Below, piece after piece: positions 37,401 to 48,200 of a DNA stretch of 64,000 bases (the first letter of the stretch is position 1; every line of letters starts with the position of its first letter). The stretch covers positions 75,704,001 through 75,768,000 of the forward strand of contig NW_024704742.1 of assembly GCF_018977255.1 (NCBI RefSeq). The letters are read 5' to 3'. The notes below the pieces were generated by a model, which did no database searches, had not been told where the DNA came from, and saw only the letters and a program-made list of their open reading frames with translations. The position numbers and the translations under genes were made by a program. The stretch comes from Callorhinchus milii. Lineage: Eukaryota.

Positions 37401-40400
37401 ACAAAAGGACCTGGACATCCATTGTGTATCTACTTCCCTGCAGTATTTGCATAACTGTCGTGTTATGTTTGGGTTTTCACACAGACAATAATTCCTTGTT
37501 ATTCCAGTCAAGAGATAAAGGCAAAGTAAATAAGACAGTCTGGCAGTTTAAGCAATAAGATACTGGAAAAGGCAAGTTGGTACTGCATTTGGTTAGAATG
37601 GGAGATGGTCAATTGTAGCCACAGCTGTGCAGATCTGGCAAAGGTCTTCCACAAAGTAGCTGAACGTGCAATTACTAAAAAAAAACAGTTATCTAGCATC
37701 TTTAAACTGCTAGGTTTTTTGAAATCGTAACGTTTATACAGCCCTTCCTTTGATATACATTGAGACAGGGTGAAAGGTTGGGCACTCCTGGTAATGTAAC
37801 AAGTCTATTTTAAACAGAAGTTGGGAATTTTCTATGGGAGCACTTTTGTGCCCTAACTGGAAAAAGAAAATTAGCCTTTGGGCTGTCTTGCTCATAGGAC
37901 CAAATTCAAGATCCTCGTCCTCACTTTCAAGGTCATCCATGGCCTTGCCCCCTCCTACCTCTCTGACCTGCTGACTCCCCACCAACCTGCCCACTCCCTC
38001 CGTTCAGCGGGATCCGGTTTGCTCCATGTCTCCTGCCTGACCCACCCTAACGTCGGTGGCCGGGCTTTCAGCCTCTCTGCCCCCACACTCTGGATCTCCT
38101 TCCCTTCGCTTCCTCCCTTGCCTCTTTCAAGGCCTGTCTCAAGACCCTTCTCTTCGATCATGCTTTCAGTCGCCCTCCCACCTCTTTGCCTTCCCTCACC
38201 CCTACCCCACCCCTGCCCCATGATCGGGTCCTGACCCCTGACTGTCCAGCACTTTGGGACATCCTCCCGACATGAAAGGCGCTCCATAAATGTAATTTTG
38301 TTGTTGTGTTGTTGTTGCTGCAGTGTAATAGAGATCCCACCCTCATTTGATGTCAAAAAAGATATCAATGAGCTGCTCCAATGAACAGGTTCTTTAAAAT
38401 TCAGCAGCAGCTCAAGCAAGGACAAATGAGTAATAGAGTATTGAATATTTATATTCTAAAAGTATGATGGTTTCATAGCATCCAATGTCAATTGTTTACT
38501 AGCCAACTTGCTGTCTGAACATGAAAGGCACCATACAAATGCAATTTGATGTTGTTGTTGTCAGTTTCTTTGATAGCTATTCATCAGGATCAAAAAGTCA
38601 AGTGTCTGTCCATATGTTGCAGCAATTCAATTCAAAGTCAGATTTCATTCACCATTCTCTCTCTCTCTGTTGTGCTCTCTCACACAGCCATTCAGAAAGT
38701 TTTACTTGGAATTGTTACGCAGAATGGTCATATAACAAATCGAAAGGAAAGTAGAATCCACTCAGTCAGAAAGCTTCAGTTTTGTATGTAGCACCGGAGA
38801 TGACAGGTGAATTTCTGTTTGTACTTCACAAATAAAGCAGGCCTTAGCAGTAGGAACATATCAACAACAACAAAACTATATTTATAGAGCGCCTTTCACG
38901 TTGGGAGGACGTCCCAAAGCGCTGAACAGTCAGGTGTCGGGGCATGTGCATGGGGGAGGGGTGGTGTAGGGGTGAGGGAAGGCAGAGAGGTGGGGGGGCG
39001 ACCGAATGCACGATCGAAGAGAAGGGTTTTTAGACCGGCCTTGAAGGAGGCAACCTGGTGCGTGAGAGTACACGAGCTGCAGAGTTTTGGATGATCTGCA
39101 GTTTGTGAAGGGAAGAGTTGGGAAGGCCGATGAGGAGGGAGATTCCGTAGTCGAGTTTTGCTGTAACGAATGCATGGGTGAGGGTTTTGGCAGGGGTGAG
39201 ACAGTTGTGGAGACTGGCAATGTTGCGGAGGTGGTAGCCAGTGCCAGTCATGGCGCGGATGTGGGGGAGAAAGGACAGTTCAGGACTGAACAAGATTGAA
39301 CAAGATACCCAGGTTCCTGACTGACTTAGTGAGGTTGAGTGTGCGGCCGTGGAGGCTGATGCTGCCGGCGCCTGAGGTGCGGAGGCGCTGGCGCAAGCCA
39401 ATTAGGGGGGGCCTTGGTCTTGCTGACGTTGAGTTGGAGAAAGTTGGCCCTCGTCCAGGACTTGATGTCGGACAGGCAGTCGGTCAGGACGTCAGTAGTC
39501 CTGGAGTTGAGGGTGGAGGCAGAGAGATAGAGTTGGGTGTCATCCGCATACATGTGGAAATTTACCTCATGTCTGCGGATGATGTCACCAAGGGGGAGCA
39601 TGTAGAGGGTGAAGAGGAGGGGAACGAGGACAAAGCCCTGAGGAACACCGCATGAGACAGTGCGGGGGCTGGAGAAGCCGTTAGCTGAGACGAAGTGGAG
39701 GCAGTGAGAAAGATAGGACCTGAACCAGTCAAGGACAGAACCCTGAAGGTTGAGGTGGGAGGAGAGGCGGTGGAGGAGGATTGAGTGGTCCACGGTGTCA
39801 AAGGCGGAGGAGAGGTCGAGGAGGACGAGGAGGCAGAGGGAGCCCTGGTCACACATGGTCAGGATGTCGTTTGTGACCTTGACCAGAGCAGTTTCCCTGC
39901 TGTGGAGTCCTGTAGCTCAGTGGTTAGAGCATTCACTTTGCAAGTGAGAGACCTGAGTTCAATTCCAGGCACAGGGCGAAACCTTGGGCAAGTTTCCTTA
40001 CTCCACACAGAGCCTAATAATAATCCCTCCAAAAAAACAAAACAATAATAAATTGGTCATTTTCAATCTACAACTGTTTGTGGGACATTGCTGTGCACAA
40101 TTGACTGCCGCGTTCGCCCACAAATATACAGTCAATCCACTTTACAGTGTGTTCTGTGAAGCGCTTTGGGACGTCCTCCTGACGTGAAAAGCGCTATATA
40201 AAATGCAAGGATTATTATTATTATTAAACCCGATTGGAGGAGTTCATGGAGGGAGTGAGAGGAGAGGAAAGAGCAAAGTTGGGAGGCAACGACTCTCTCA
40301 AGGACCTTGGATAGGAAGGGGAGATTTGAGATGGGCCGGAAGCTAGATAGCTGTGATGGGTCAAGAAAATCACTGCATGTGTGCAATGTACAAGGAAGGA

Positions 40401-40563
40401 CTTGCACAGGCCACTATCTTTTGGGTAATGTTTCAGAAAGCAAACATTTTTAACAATGCTGTGCTCATTAAACATGTTACCATTCAGATAGCCTGGCAGT
40501 ACAGCAGATTGGAACTACACTCAATTTCCGTTTAGTTAGCAACATATGACTTACATCTGCCAT
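28341..40563 (-). CDS. LAMTOR3: Ragulator complex protein LAMTOR3 (MP1/MAPKSP1), complete 124-aa spliced CDS
   Basis: Coding exons 40555-40563, 36943-36977, 35560-35618, 33857-33990, 32496-32559 and 28341-28414 total 375 nt. Translation: MADDLKRYLYKQLPSVEGLHAIVVSDRDGVPVIKVANDNAPEHALRPGFLSTFALATDQGSKLGLSKNKSIICYYNTYQVVQFNRLPLVVSFIASSNANTGLIVSLEKELAPLFEELRQAVEIS*. Confidence 0.98.
29395..30600 (-). mobile_element. L2 LINE ORF2 3' part, interrupted by a SINE
   Basis: ORF 29870..30517 DIKAWMSENFLQLNVGKTEAILFG...LHWLPI. Confidence 0.9.
29669..29981 (-). mobile_element. Young full-length SINE inserted in an L2 LINE
   Basis: Flanked by duplicated GAGGTA (29663-29668 / 29984-29989). Confidence 0.92.
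31308..31735 (+). repeat. Local duplication of ~430 bp; partner at ~35738-36400
   Basis: Colinear match (e.g. ATGTTTATTCTTAATCTTTTTT..., AAAACATCCTTAAAATAAGCAAAAC.TGGTAGTGGAAAACTAAA) in two LAMTOR3 introns. Confidence 0.9.
32496..32559 (-). CDS. LAMTOR3: LAMTOR3 coding exon 5
   Basis: ctag|GTT GTC CAG...ACA G|gtaaa; VVQFNRLPLVVSFIASSNANT; 64 nt. Confidence 0.96.
32993..33305 (-). mobile_element. Young full-length SINE
   Basis: Family consensus; CATTAT duplicated at 32989-32994 / 33307-33312. Confidence 0.93.
33857..33990 (-). CDS. LAMTOR3: LAMTOR3 coding exon 4
   Basis: ANDNAPEHALRPGFLSTFALATDQGSKLGLSKNKSIICYYNTYQ, visible in ORF 33833..34132; GT-AG; 134 nt. Confidence 0.97.
34310..35147 (+). 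mobile_element. Relatively young 5'-truncated L2 LINE
   Basis: HAFVTSRLDYGNSLL / LQVIQNSAARVLSRTRLRDHITPTLAHLHWLPIPQRIDFKIL with one frameshift; intact 3' UTR, stem-loop and (TTG)n. Confidence 0.93.
35560..35618 (-). CDS. LAMTOR3: LAMTOR3 coding exon 3
   Basis: tag|T GTT GAG GGT...AAA G|gtaat; VEGLHAIVVSDRDGVPVIK; 59 nt. Confidence 0.96.
35801..36020 (+). mobile_element. 5'-truncated young SINE starting at its internal (AAT)n tract
   Basis: Lacks the tRNA head; TTACAAT duplicated at 35797-35803 / 36020-36026. Confidence 0.9.
36943..36977 (-). CDS. LAMTOR3: LAMTOR3 coding exon 2
   Basis: cag|GAT TTG AAG...CCC AG|gtaag; DLKRYLYKQLP(S); 35 nt. Confidence 0.94.
37890..38320 (+). mobile_element. 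L2 LINE 3' fragment
   Basis: KFKILVLTFKVIHGLAPSYLSDLL; tail present. Confidence 0.87.
38860..40360 (-). mobile_element. L2 LINE with RT core, internally deleted, interrupted by a SINE
   Basis: RPISNLPFLSKVLERVV, LLDLSSAFDTVDHSILL, GVPQG, YADDTQLY in ORFs 40132..40407 and 39326..39856. Confidence 0.93.
39904..40225 (+). mobile_element. Young full-length SINE inserted in an L2 LINE
   Basis: Interrupts the L2 RT motif QSGF...STETAL. Confidence 0.92.
40555..40563 (-). CDS. LAMTOR3: LAMTOR3 first coding exon (ATG GCA GAT); whole exon 40555-40598 including 5'UTR
   Basis: ttttatttcag|...gacgaac ATG GCA GAT|gtaagt; supplies MAD in phase 0. Confidence 0.88.
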
Positions 40564-43500
40564 GTTCGTCTGAGGTTTCCACACAAACGAGTCTAATTCT
40601 GAAATAAAACAAAACAGAGCTAAAATGCAGAAGAATAAGTATGAGCAGTCTCCAAAACCACTTACTACTCCACAAATGTTGTTTTAGAGATGGCCATACA
40701 TTGTAAATCATTTGAAAAACAATGAAATATCAAGAGCACAAACATACAAGGGGTCCCAATTCTGAAAAATGCTGCACTATTTCCACAGAACAGAATAGGT
40801 TCAATAATTTTAAAGTCGTAAATCAATAACAAAACAAAGTGCTTAATGAGGAAAGACAGCATCAACCAGTGAGTGTGCATTTTACTGCGCTTTCTCTCCT
40901 CTACCGCCAGATTGCTCAATGCTCTCAGCCTATCCCATAGATAGCCTTGGTACTTTAAACAATTTTTATGATTATTAAGGAGCCTGTTGTTTAATTGCTT
41001 CTTTGTTACGCAGAAGTTTTTTTTTGGCTTGGTTGCAAGCAAAGTAGAGCAGGCATCATAAACCCAGGTTCCCATTCTACATTGCTGTATGCTCCCAGCA
41101 GTTGGCCCAGGACATGTTAGTGATTAACAACAGATTGACCATAAAAAAATTTCCCCAATTCTATTGTTTCTGTTTCTATTACATGACATGGCACAACATT
41201 TTGTGACCAAAAATCTAGCCTCAAGAAGAATTTAAACGGAGTTACCCTGAATTGGCAAGCATCACTCACTGGAACACCAATCACCAATTTCAGATTTAAA
41301 ACCTGAACTAATTTATTGTGCACCAATTTTAAAATAATAATAGCTCCATATAATTAGTTTTAAGTCTACTCCTTTTACAATGAACACCTAACATGTCCAT
41401 GATGTTTGACAGGTCTAATGTCCTTCCAAAAAAAATACAAAGAAGAAGCAGTGCACTATGCATCTTACAGACAGGAGGATTGTGAATATCGGATAAACTT
41501 AAGAGTTAAAGCTAAATGAAGGGCTAAATGAAGAATTGATTCCCCAAATACATAAGTATAATAATGAGTGCATCCAATTCTCTTCTTTTCAGTAAATTCA
41601 GGGTGAGCCTATAATGGGATTTTCCAACTGAACTTATTGATAGAGAATCAACCAGTAGATCTCTATCTGTGACCAGCATTTGAGTTTCCAGGTGGAAGGG
41701 AAGAAAAGAGAACAACAAAGTTAAGAATATTGCCTACAGTTGAATACTTTTACTACTTTTCCATTTTGGATACAAACATGCTTACTCTGAATTACAACAA
41801 TGGACCTTCCCTCAGTATAAATCAATGTGAGAGGCTATTGAGAAGAAAGTTTCACTGGAACTTTCCTTTTGTTAGTTGTTAGTTAAATTTTTTTGAAGAA
41901 AAGTGGGATTCATTTAAAAAAATAAACATTGTTGTGCACAAATTTGTCTTCTGCATTCGCCCACAAAACATACAATCACTGCACTTTGCAGTATATCCTG
42001 TGAAGCGCTTGGAAGATCCTCCCAACGTAAAAGATGTTATAACAAGGAATATTGTACATGGGTAACAGCAGTACACATGTGATGAGCTGCATGGCCTTTT
42101 TCTGTGCTGAAAATCTCCACATTTCTTTAAATGCAAGAGCTACAGAACGTTTGAGGGACTACTTTGTATTAAAGAACATAAGTCATGATTTATCATTCAT
42201 GCTGAGTATCTACAGAATAAGAGCTTCCAAGAGTGACTGGAAATAGGAAACATAAATCAGTTCTCAATCTCTGAATTAAAAGCAATAACACCCTTGTATT
42301 ATAGAATAGAATAAAAATAGTGGAAATGCACCATCAACCCCATCCTCGATCAGCTCCACTGGCTCCCCATTCCCAGCAGATCAAATTCAAAATTCTCATC
42401 TTCAATTACAAATGTCTATGCCTTGCCTCACCCTACCTCTGCAACCTAGTCATTCCCTCTGCTCATCAAACGCTGTCTGTTTCATGTTCACCCACTGTAG
42501 CCTTGGGACATCCACCGGACGTGAAAGGCACTTTACAAATGTAATTACGTTGCTGTTGTTGGCTCCCCATCACCAAATGGATCGACTTCAAGATCAAATA
42601 CAGTCAATTCACTTTACAGTGTGTTCTGTGAAGCGCTTTGGGACGTCCTTCCGGCGTGAAAAGCGCTATATCAAATGCAAAGATTATTATATTATTATCC
42701 TCACACTTGTGTTCAAATCCCTTCACAAAGTGTGGTTTGACCCATTTTTTCCCTCAGATTTCTCAACTTTACTTCCACTTCCCCATCCAACTCCGATTTG
42801 CCTCCCCACGCCACTTTCATCTGCTCCCTTTCAAACACTACTTCTTCTAAAATCCCTGCGGCCATCACAGAGTATGATACCTTCTGGACAGTCTGATAGT
42901 TTCAGTCTATGTTAGCCTGGGAATCCTCAGCAAAGCATCCCACAGTAAACGTCACTGGATTTTTCACAGCAGCCCATGAGCTGCCTTATTCCTCTTTCCC
43001 ACCGCAAGACTCATTTACCTTGAAATTCTCCTCCAAGAATCACTTCATCTCACTATTACTCTGCACCTTAAAAANCTCTTTTGGTCAATAACCTTCAATG
43101 TCCATTCTCATTTTTCACTACAACATGCCAAACTCTTTAAGATGTTCTTTTTTGGGAGACCATAGCTTTAATATGCATGTGTAAAACATGTATCCTTACC
43201 TAAATGTCACCAACCAATTCAGTACTTATGTATCTGTTAACATTAATCATATAAAATCTGACATACATAACTTTACCCAAGTCATATATTATACGATTTA
43301 TGCAAATTTGCCATAACTCATACTGTGCATAAGTCATACTGTGTTAAATGTTATTGTCCCAACTGATACGACTTATGTGAATTTTACTGTATCAACAACA
43401 ATAACAAATTGGATTTGTATAGCACCCTTCACGCAGGTAGTATCTCAGAGCCTTTAAAGGGTAAGTTACTCACCTTATATCTAAATATATATATGATCTC

Positions 43501-43723
43501 AAAGTATTGCAATAATAATCCTTCCAAAACAATAATTGGTCATTTTCAATGGTACAAGGATTATTATTATTTACACGAATGGTGTAAATGGTGTATATAA
43601 GTTATTGTTGTTGTCTTGAGACTAAACACAAACTACCATCGAAGTACTTTATGTAACATGGCAAAGGAAAAGAAATAGATGAAAAAATGGGGGCAGGTAG
43701 CTTACTAATTAAGCTAATTATTT

Positions 43724-43900
43724 TTGGTCAGCCGGGTGCCTGACACATGCGGAAACCCACCGCCAGGCTGGGCTTTAAAATATTCAAACCTGGCAGAGTA
43801 CCACATGTACACCATTTACACGTGGAAATTCCCCAGTGTCTGGAATGGAATGCGCACTCTCTTCCTGGTGGGAGAGGCGGGACACACCCCGCTGACCCAA
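43724..43900. mobile_element. ~180-bp interspersed repeat with imperfect terminal inverted repeats (MITE-like)
   Basis: TTGGTCAGCCGGGTG ... CACCCCGCTGACCCAA. Related copies at ~605-735, 9734-9957, 14655-14795 and 32790-32935. Confidence 0.6.
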
Positions 43901-44084
43901 TTCCATGTTGGCCAGAGCCCAGGCTTGTAAACCCCAGAGTGCGTGTAGTGTTGCTGCTGGAGCTTAACAAACTAAACCTGCACAGAGGGGTCACCATCGA
44001 GAGAAGGGTCTGGCCAGCTCCCCGCTGTTTGTTCAAGCCAGGACCAGTCCCCCCATCACTGGGTGTTTGGGCTCAGTGGGGTTT

Positions 44085-44690
44085 ACTGGGGGGGGAGACA
44101 CTAGGGGGGAGGGGTTGACACGGGGGGGGAGGGGGGACATGGGGTGGGAGGGGGGTCACTGGGGGGGAGGGGGGGTCACTGGGGGGAGGGGGGTCACTGG
44201 GGGGAGGGGGGTCAAGGGGGGAGGGGGGGTCACGGCGGGGAGGGAGGGTCACTGGGGGGGGGAGGGGGTCACGGGGGGGGGAGGGGGTCACTGGGGGAGG
44301 GGTCACTGGGGGGAGGGGTCACTGGGGGAAGGGGGGTCACGGGGGGGGAGGGGGTCACGGGGGGGAGGGGGTCACGGGGGGGGGGCGGGGGGTCACGGGG
44401 GGGGCGGGGGGTCACGGGGGGCGGGGGGTCACGGGGGGGGCGGGGGGTCACGGGGGGGGGGAGGGGGTCACGGGGGGGGAGGGGGTCACGGGGGGTGGGG
44501 GGGTCACGGGGGGGTGGGGGGGGGTCACGGGGGGGGTCACTGGGGGGAGGGGGGGTCACGGGGGGCGGGGGGGGTCACGGGGGGGAGGGTCACGGGGGGA
44601 GGGGGTCACGGGGGGGTGGGGGTCACGGGGGGTCACGGGGGGGGAGGGGGTCACGGGGGGGAGGGGTCACGGGGGGTCACGGGGGGGATG
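44085..44690. repeat. G-rich minisatellite, ~30 units of GGGGTCAC(G/T)G(n)
   Basis: Directly visible; unit length varies (~10-21 nt) because of variable G runs. Confidence 0.95.
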
Positions 44691-44699
44691 ATCGAGTAC

Positions 44700-45190
44700 G
44701 ATCTGCCTCTGGGAGTCACGTGACGAGCGGCCGCTTTGTTTTCTGTCAAACGAACCGCGGTGTTGGCGGCCCTGGAGCCCGGGAGCCGCCCACAGGCCCA
44801 GGGGCAGGGCCGGGGGCAGGGCGGGGGGCGGCGGCGCTCGGGGCCCGCCCGCACTGCGGGACACGGGGAGGGTTGTGTTGGGGATGGCCTCCCCGCTCTC
44901 TCCTCCCCTGTGGGCCGCGGGGTCGCCTCTTACCGGAGCTCCCGTCACCCCGGCCAGCAGCTCCCCGCACGCATGCGCACCGCCGCCGCACTGTCACCTG
45001 ACCGACTGACCGGGGGGGGGCTACCCACAATCCCCCGCGCCGGACTTCCGGCTCTGACGCACAGTGACGGGAGTGTCCGCCGATGGGGACCGTCCCTCGG
45101 GGGCACCAGATGGCGTCAAACCGTATCCCGGGGTCGTGTGGCGAGTGTGTAGCTCAGCGGCGCTGCAGCAGCTGCTGCTGGGGACGCCCT
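44700..45190 (-). promoter_or_regulatory. CpG island: probable LAMTOR3 promoter and non-coding exon 1
   Basis: Only CpG-dense unique stretch in the window. It contains a CLEAR/E-box GTCACGTGAC (44715-44724), NRF1-like CGCATGCGCA (44970-44979), ZNF143-like TACCCACAATCCCC (from 45022), ETS/GABPA CCGGAAGT on minus (45044-45051) and CTCF/YY1-like CACCAGATGGCG (45104-45115). Candidate exon-1 donor CAG|GTGACA at 44997/44998. Confidence 0.8.
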
Positions 45191-45437
45191 GTTGGCTCAG
45201 TTGGTCGCACTCTCACCTAATGAGTCAGAAGGTGTTGTGGGTTCGGACCCCCACGTTGCGGCTTTGATCTCACGTCCAGTCAGTGAGAGAGGATCAGCGC
45301 AAAACCTTCTGCAGGTCAAGTCCCCCTCCTCCACACGCCTCTGGTTTACCAGCGCTTTGGGGCGTCCCCCCCCCCGACGTGAAAGGCGCTCTACAAATGT
45401 CATTTTGTTGTTGTTGTACCTAACAGTACCGGTTGTT

Positions 45438-45753
45438 ATAATAATAATAATAATAATAATCCTTGCATTTGATATAGCGCTTTTCAGGTCTTCTCGATGT
45501 CTCAAAGCGCTTCACAGAATAGGCTGTAAAGTGAATTGACCGTATAATTTGTGGGTGAAGCGCGGCAGCCAATTGCGCACAGCAGTGGCCCACAAACGGT
45601 CGTGGATTGAGTGGCCAAATTTTTTTTTTCTTGAGGGATTATTATCAGGCGCGTGGAGTTAGGGAACTTGCCCAAGGTTTCACTCTGCCGGGAATCGAAC
45701 CCAGGTCTCTCGCTTGCATGACGAGTGCCCTAACCACTGCACTACAGGACTCC
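45438..45753 (-). mobile_element. Full-length SINE (intermediate age) next to the CpG island
   Basis: Family consensus on minus strand, CpGs retained. Confidence 0.9.
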
Positions 45754-46739
45754 ACAACTGGATCAATTAAAAAATTAAGAAAATATTTCTGCTCATAGGG
45801 GTGAAATGTATAAGCAGTCAGATTGAGTTGTGCAATGACAGCTGTAAAGAAAAATGATCTGTGTATTCCAAGGAAGACTGGAATTCTCTCAACTCAAACC
45901 CACCTCTGTAATCAGCGCAGATCATGAATGTTAATATTGAGTCCAATGCCTATTTTTGATGCAGTTTAATATTGTAGAGGTGGTCTGAAATTCTTGATAC
46001 CTCATTGAAGATCAAATCTATGAAAAGCACAAGCTACCTTGTGTCCACGTCATACACACACCCTGATTTGAACATTACACACTGCAAAGGCTGCACTAGA
46101 AGGTCAGTATTTACATATTGTTAGTCGATTGGCGGATCGTTTTTCCGTGGGTAATAATCCCTTTTAAAAAATGTGGTCACTCAATCCATGACTTTGTGGG
46201 ACACTGCTGTGTGCAATTGGCTGCCACGTTTCGCCCATAAAATATAGTCAATACACTTTGCAGTATATTTTTTGAAGCATCTCAACAACATGATAAAGTG
46301 CTATATCAAATGCAAGGATTATTTTTATTATTAATAGCTGTATTTCACTGACGGTATATCTGTTTTAGAATTTTATTGATCTTGCTCAGTTTGTTGCTGA
46401 ACTCAAGACAGAGCAAATTTAGCCAGGGACACAATATCTCATCCGGGGACTGTCCCTGGAAATCAGGAACTTATGGTCGTCCTGTCATAGACGGTTTTCA
46501 GCCTAACTGCCTCCGTTGTCTGGAACTCCATCCTGGAGTACCACCAACTCGCTCCCTCCCTCACCTCATTCAAAAAACATCTTGAAATCCACCTCTTTGA
46601 CCGCGCTTTCGGTTATCTTTCCCCTTCTCAGCTCATACCCCAACCAGCATTGTCAAGCACTGATGGACATTTTTCTGACATGAAAGGTGCTATATGAATG
46701 TAAATTGTATTGCACTGTATGTCAAGTACTTACAAAACA

Positions 46740-47224
46740 TAATAATAATCTTTGCATTTGCTAATCAGTAGCACCTTTCACATCAAGACATCTCAAAGCG
46801 CTTCACAGGAGTTACTGTAAAGTGTAGGTACTGTATTTTGTAGGCAAACAGCAGCCAATTTGTGATAACCTGTAAAATACCCAGTAATTGTGTATTTTGT
46901 AGTTGAACGCAGAAGCGATTTTGCACACAGCAATGTCCCACAAACAGCCATGAAGTGAATGACTCATTTTGTTTAGGGGATTGTTGGTCAGGCACTTTGA
47001 ATAAAAACTTCTCTTTTCAAATTGTGTCAGGGGATCTTTAATGTCCACCTAAACAGACTGGACACCCGGCTAACATTTCATTTGAAGGGTAGCGCCTTTG
47101 ACAATCCAGCAGTCCCCAACACCAGATGTCAGCCCAGACTGTTAAGTTCAAAGTTACAACGTGGAACTTGAACCCCCAACCTTCTGACTCAGGCCAGAGT
47201 GCTATGAGCTGAGCCGGGCTGACA
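46740..47224 (-). mobile_element. SacSINE1-like Deu-SINE
   Basis: Ends ...GAGCCGGGCTGAC (head on minus); Deu core at ~46920-46950. Confidence 0.75.
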
Positions 47225-47879
47225 ACATAAAGTGATTGATCAATTATTTCCAGAGGATTGTTGGCTAGGGCACCAGGAGAAACTCACTTCTCTTTGAATA
47301 GTGCTGTGGGATCTTAAACATTGACCTAAATAGGTAGATGTGACGGAAGTGGATGTTAAAGAAGACCACAGGACTATTCACACTATTCAAGTGGTTTGCT
47401 GGTGAACAGCAACAACAAAAATAAATGTTTCCTGTTGTACTTGTCTCAAAGAATCGAGCAAACAGAAAATAAGCTTATTTGTGGTGGTTTACAATCCATT
47501 TCCTTTTCAAATCCATTTACAGTGGCCTGGCTGACACCTACATTGACAGGTTGTTTCCACTGAAGACCTGAACCTGTTCAGGAAGGACAGAGCTGTGTCA
47601 AAATACAGTTGTAATTTAGAAAGCACCTTTCATGTCAGGAAGATATCCCCAAGGACTTCACACGGCTGACTAGGAGCCCAAGCTGGGGAGAAGTAGCTGA
47701 GGAGGGAAGGAGAAAGTCAGCTGAAAGTGAGTTCGAAGAGATGAGTCAGGTTTTGAAGATAGCGAAGGGAGGGAACAAGGTGGAAGGACTCTAGGATGGA
47801 GTTCCAGAGAGCAAGGGCAGAATGACAAAAGTTCTCCCACCAAAAGTGAGATGGGGGATATGAGCAGGTTTTAGCTCAG

Positions 47880-48200
47880 CGAACAACAACAACTTGGATT
47901 TATACAGCGCCCTCCATGCCGGACGGCGTCTCAGAGCGCTTCGCAGTAATGGATCCCGGGGCCGAGTCAGGGGGAGGGGGAAGAAGGTGACCAAAGGCGC
48001 GGTCGAAAAGAAAGGTCTTCAGCAGAGACCTGAAAATAGGAAGAGAGGGAGCGAGACGAAGGGAGTGAGGAAGGCAGTTCCAGAGCCTCGGGGCATAGTG
48101 GCTGAAAGCGTGGCCGCCGAGGGCGGAGCGGAGTATCGGGACGAGGAGGAACGAAGGCAACGGGTACTGTTTTGAGGAGAGAGGAGGTCAGTGAAGGGAG
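47880..48200 (-). mobile_element. L2 LINE 3' fragment (second tail subtype)
   Basis: Nearly identical to 13430-13750. Confidence 0.87.

Noticed and set aside
39326..39856. Reverse transcriptase ORF as an active or novel RT system
   Set aside because: Ordinary L2 LINE remnant: truncated, frameshifted, internally deleted and interrupted by a SINE
44067..45001. Long Gly-rich and Pro-rich ORFs (218 aa, 285 aa and others)
   Set aside because: Artefacts of the stop-free G-rich minisatellite and CpG island; open in several frames with no splice or homology support
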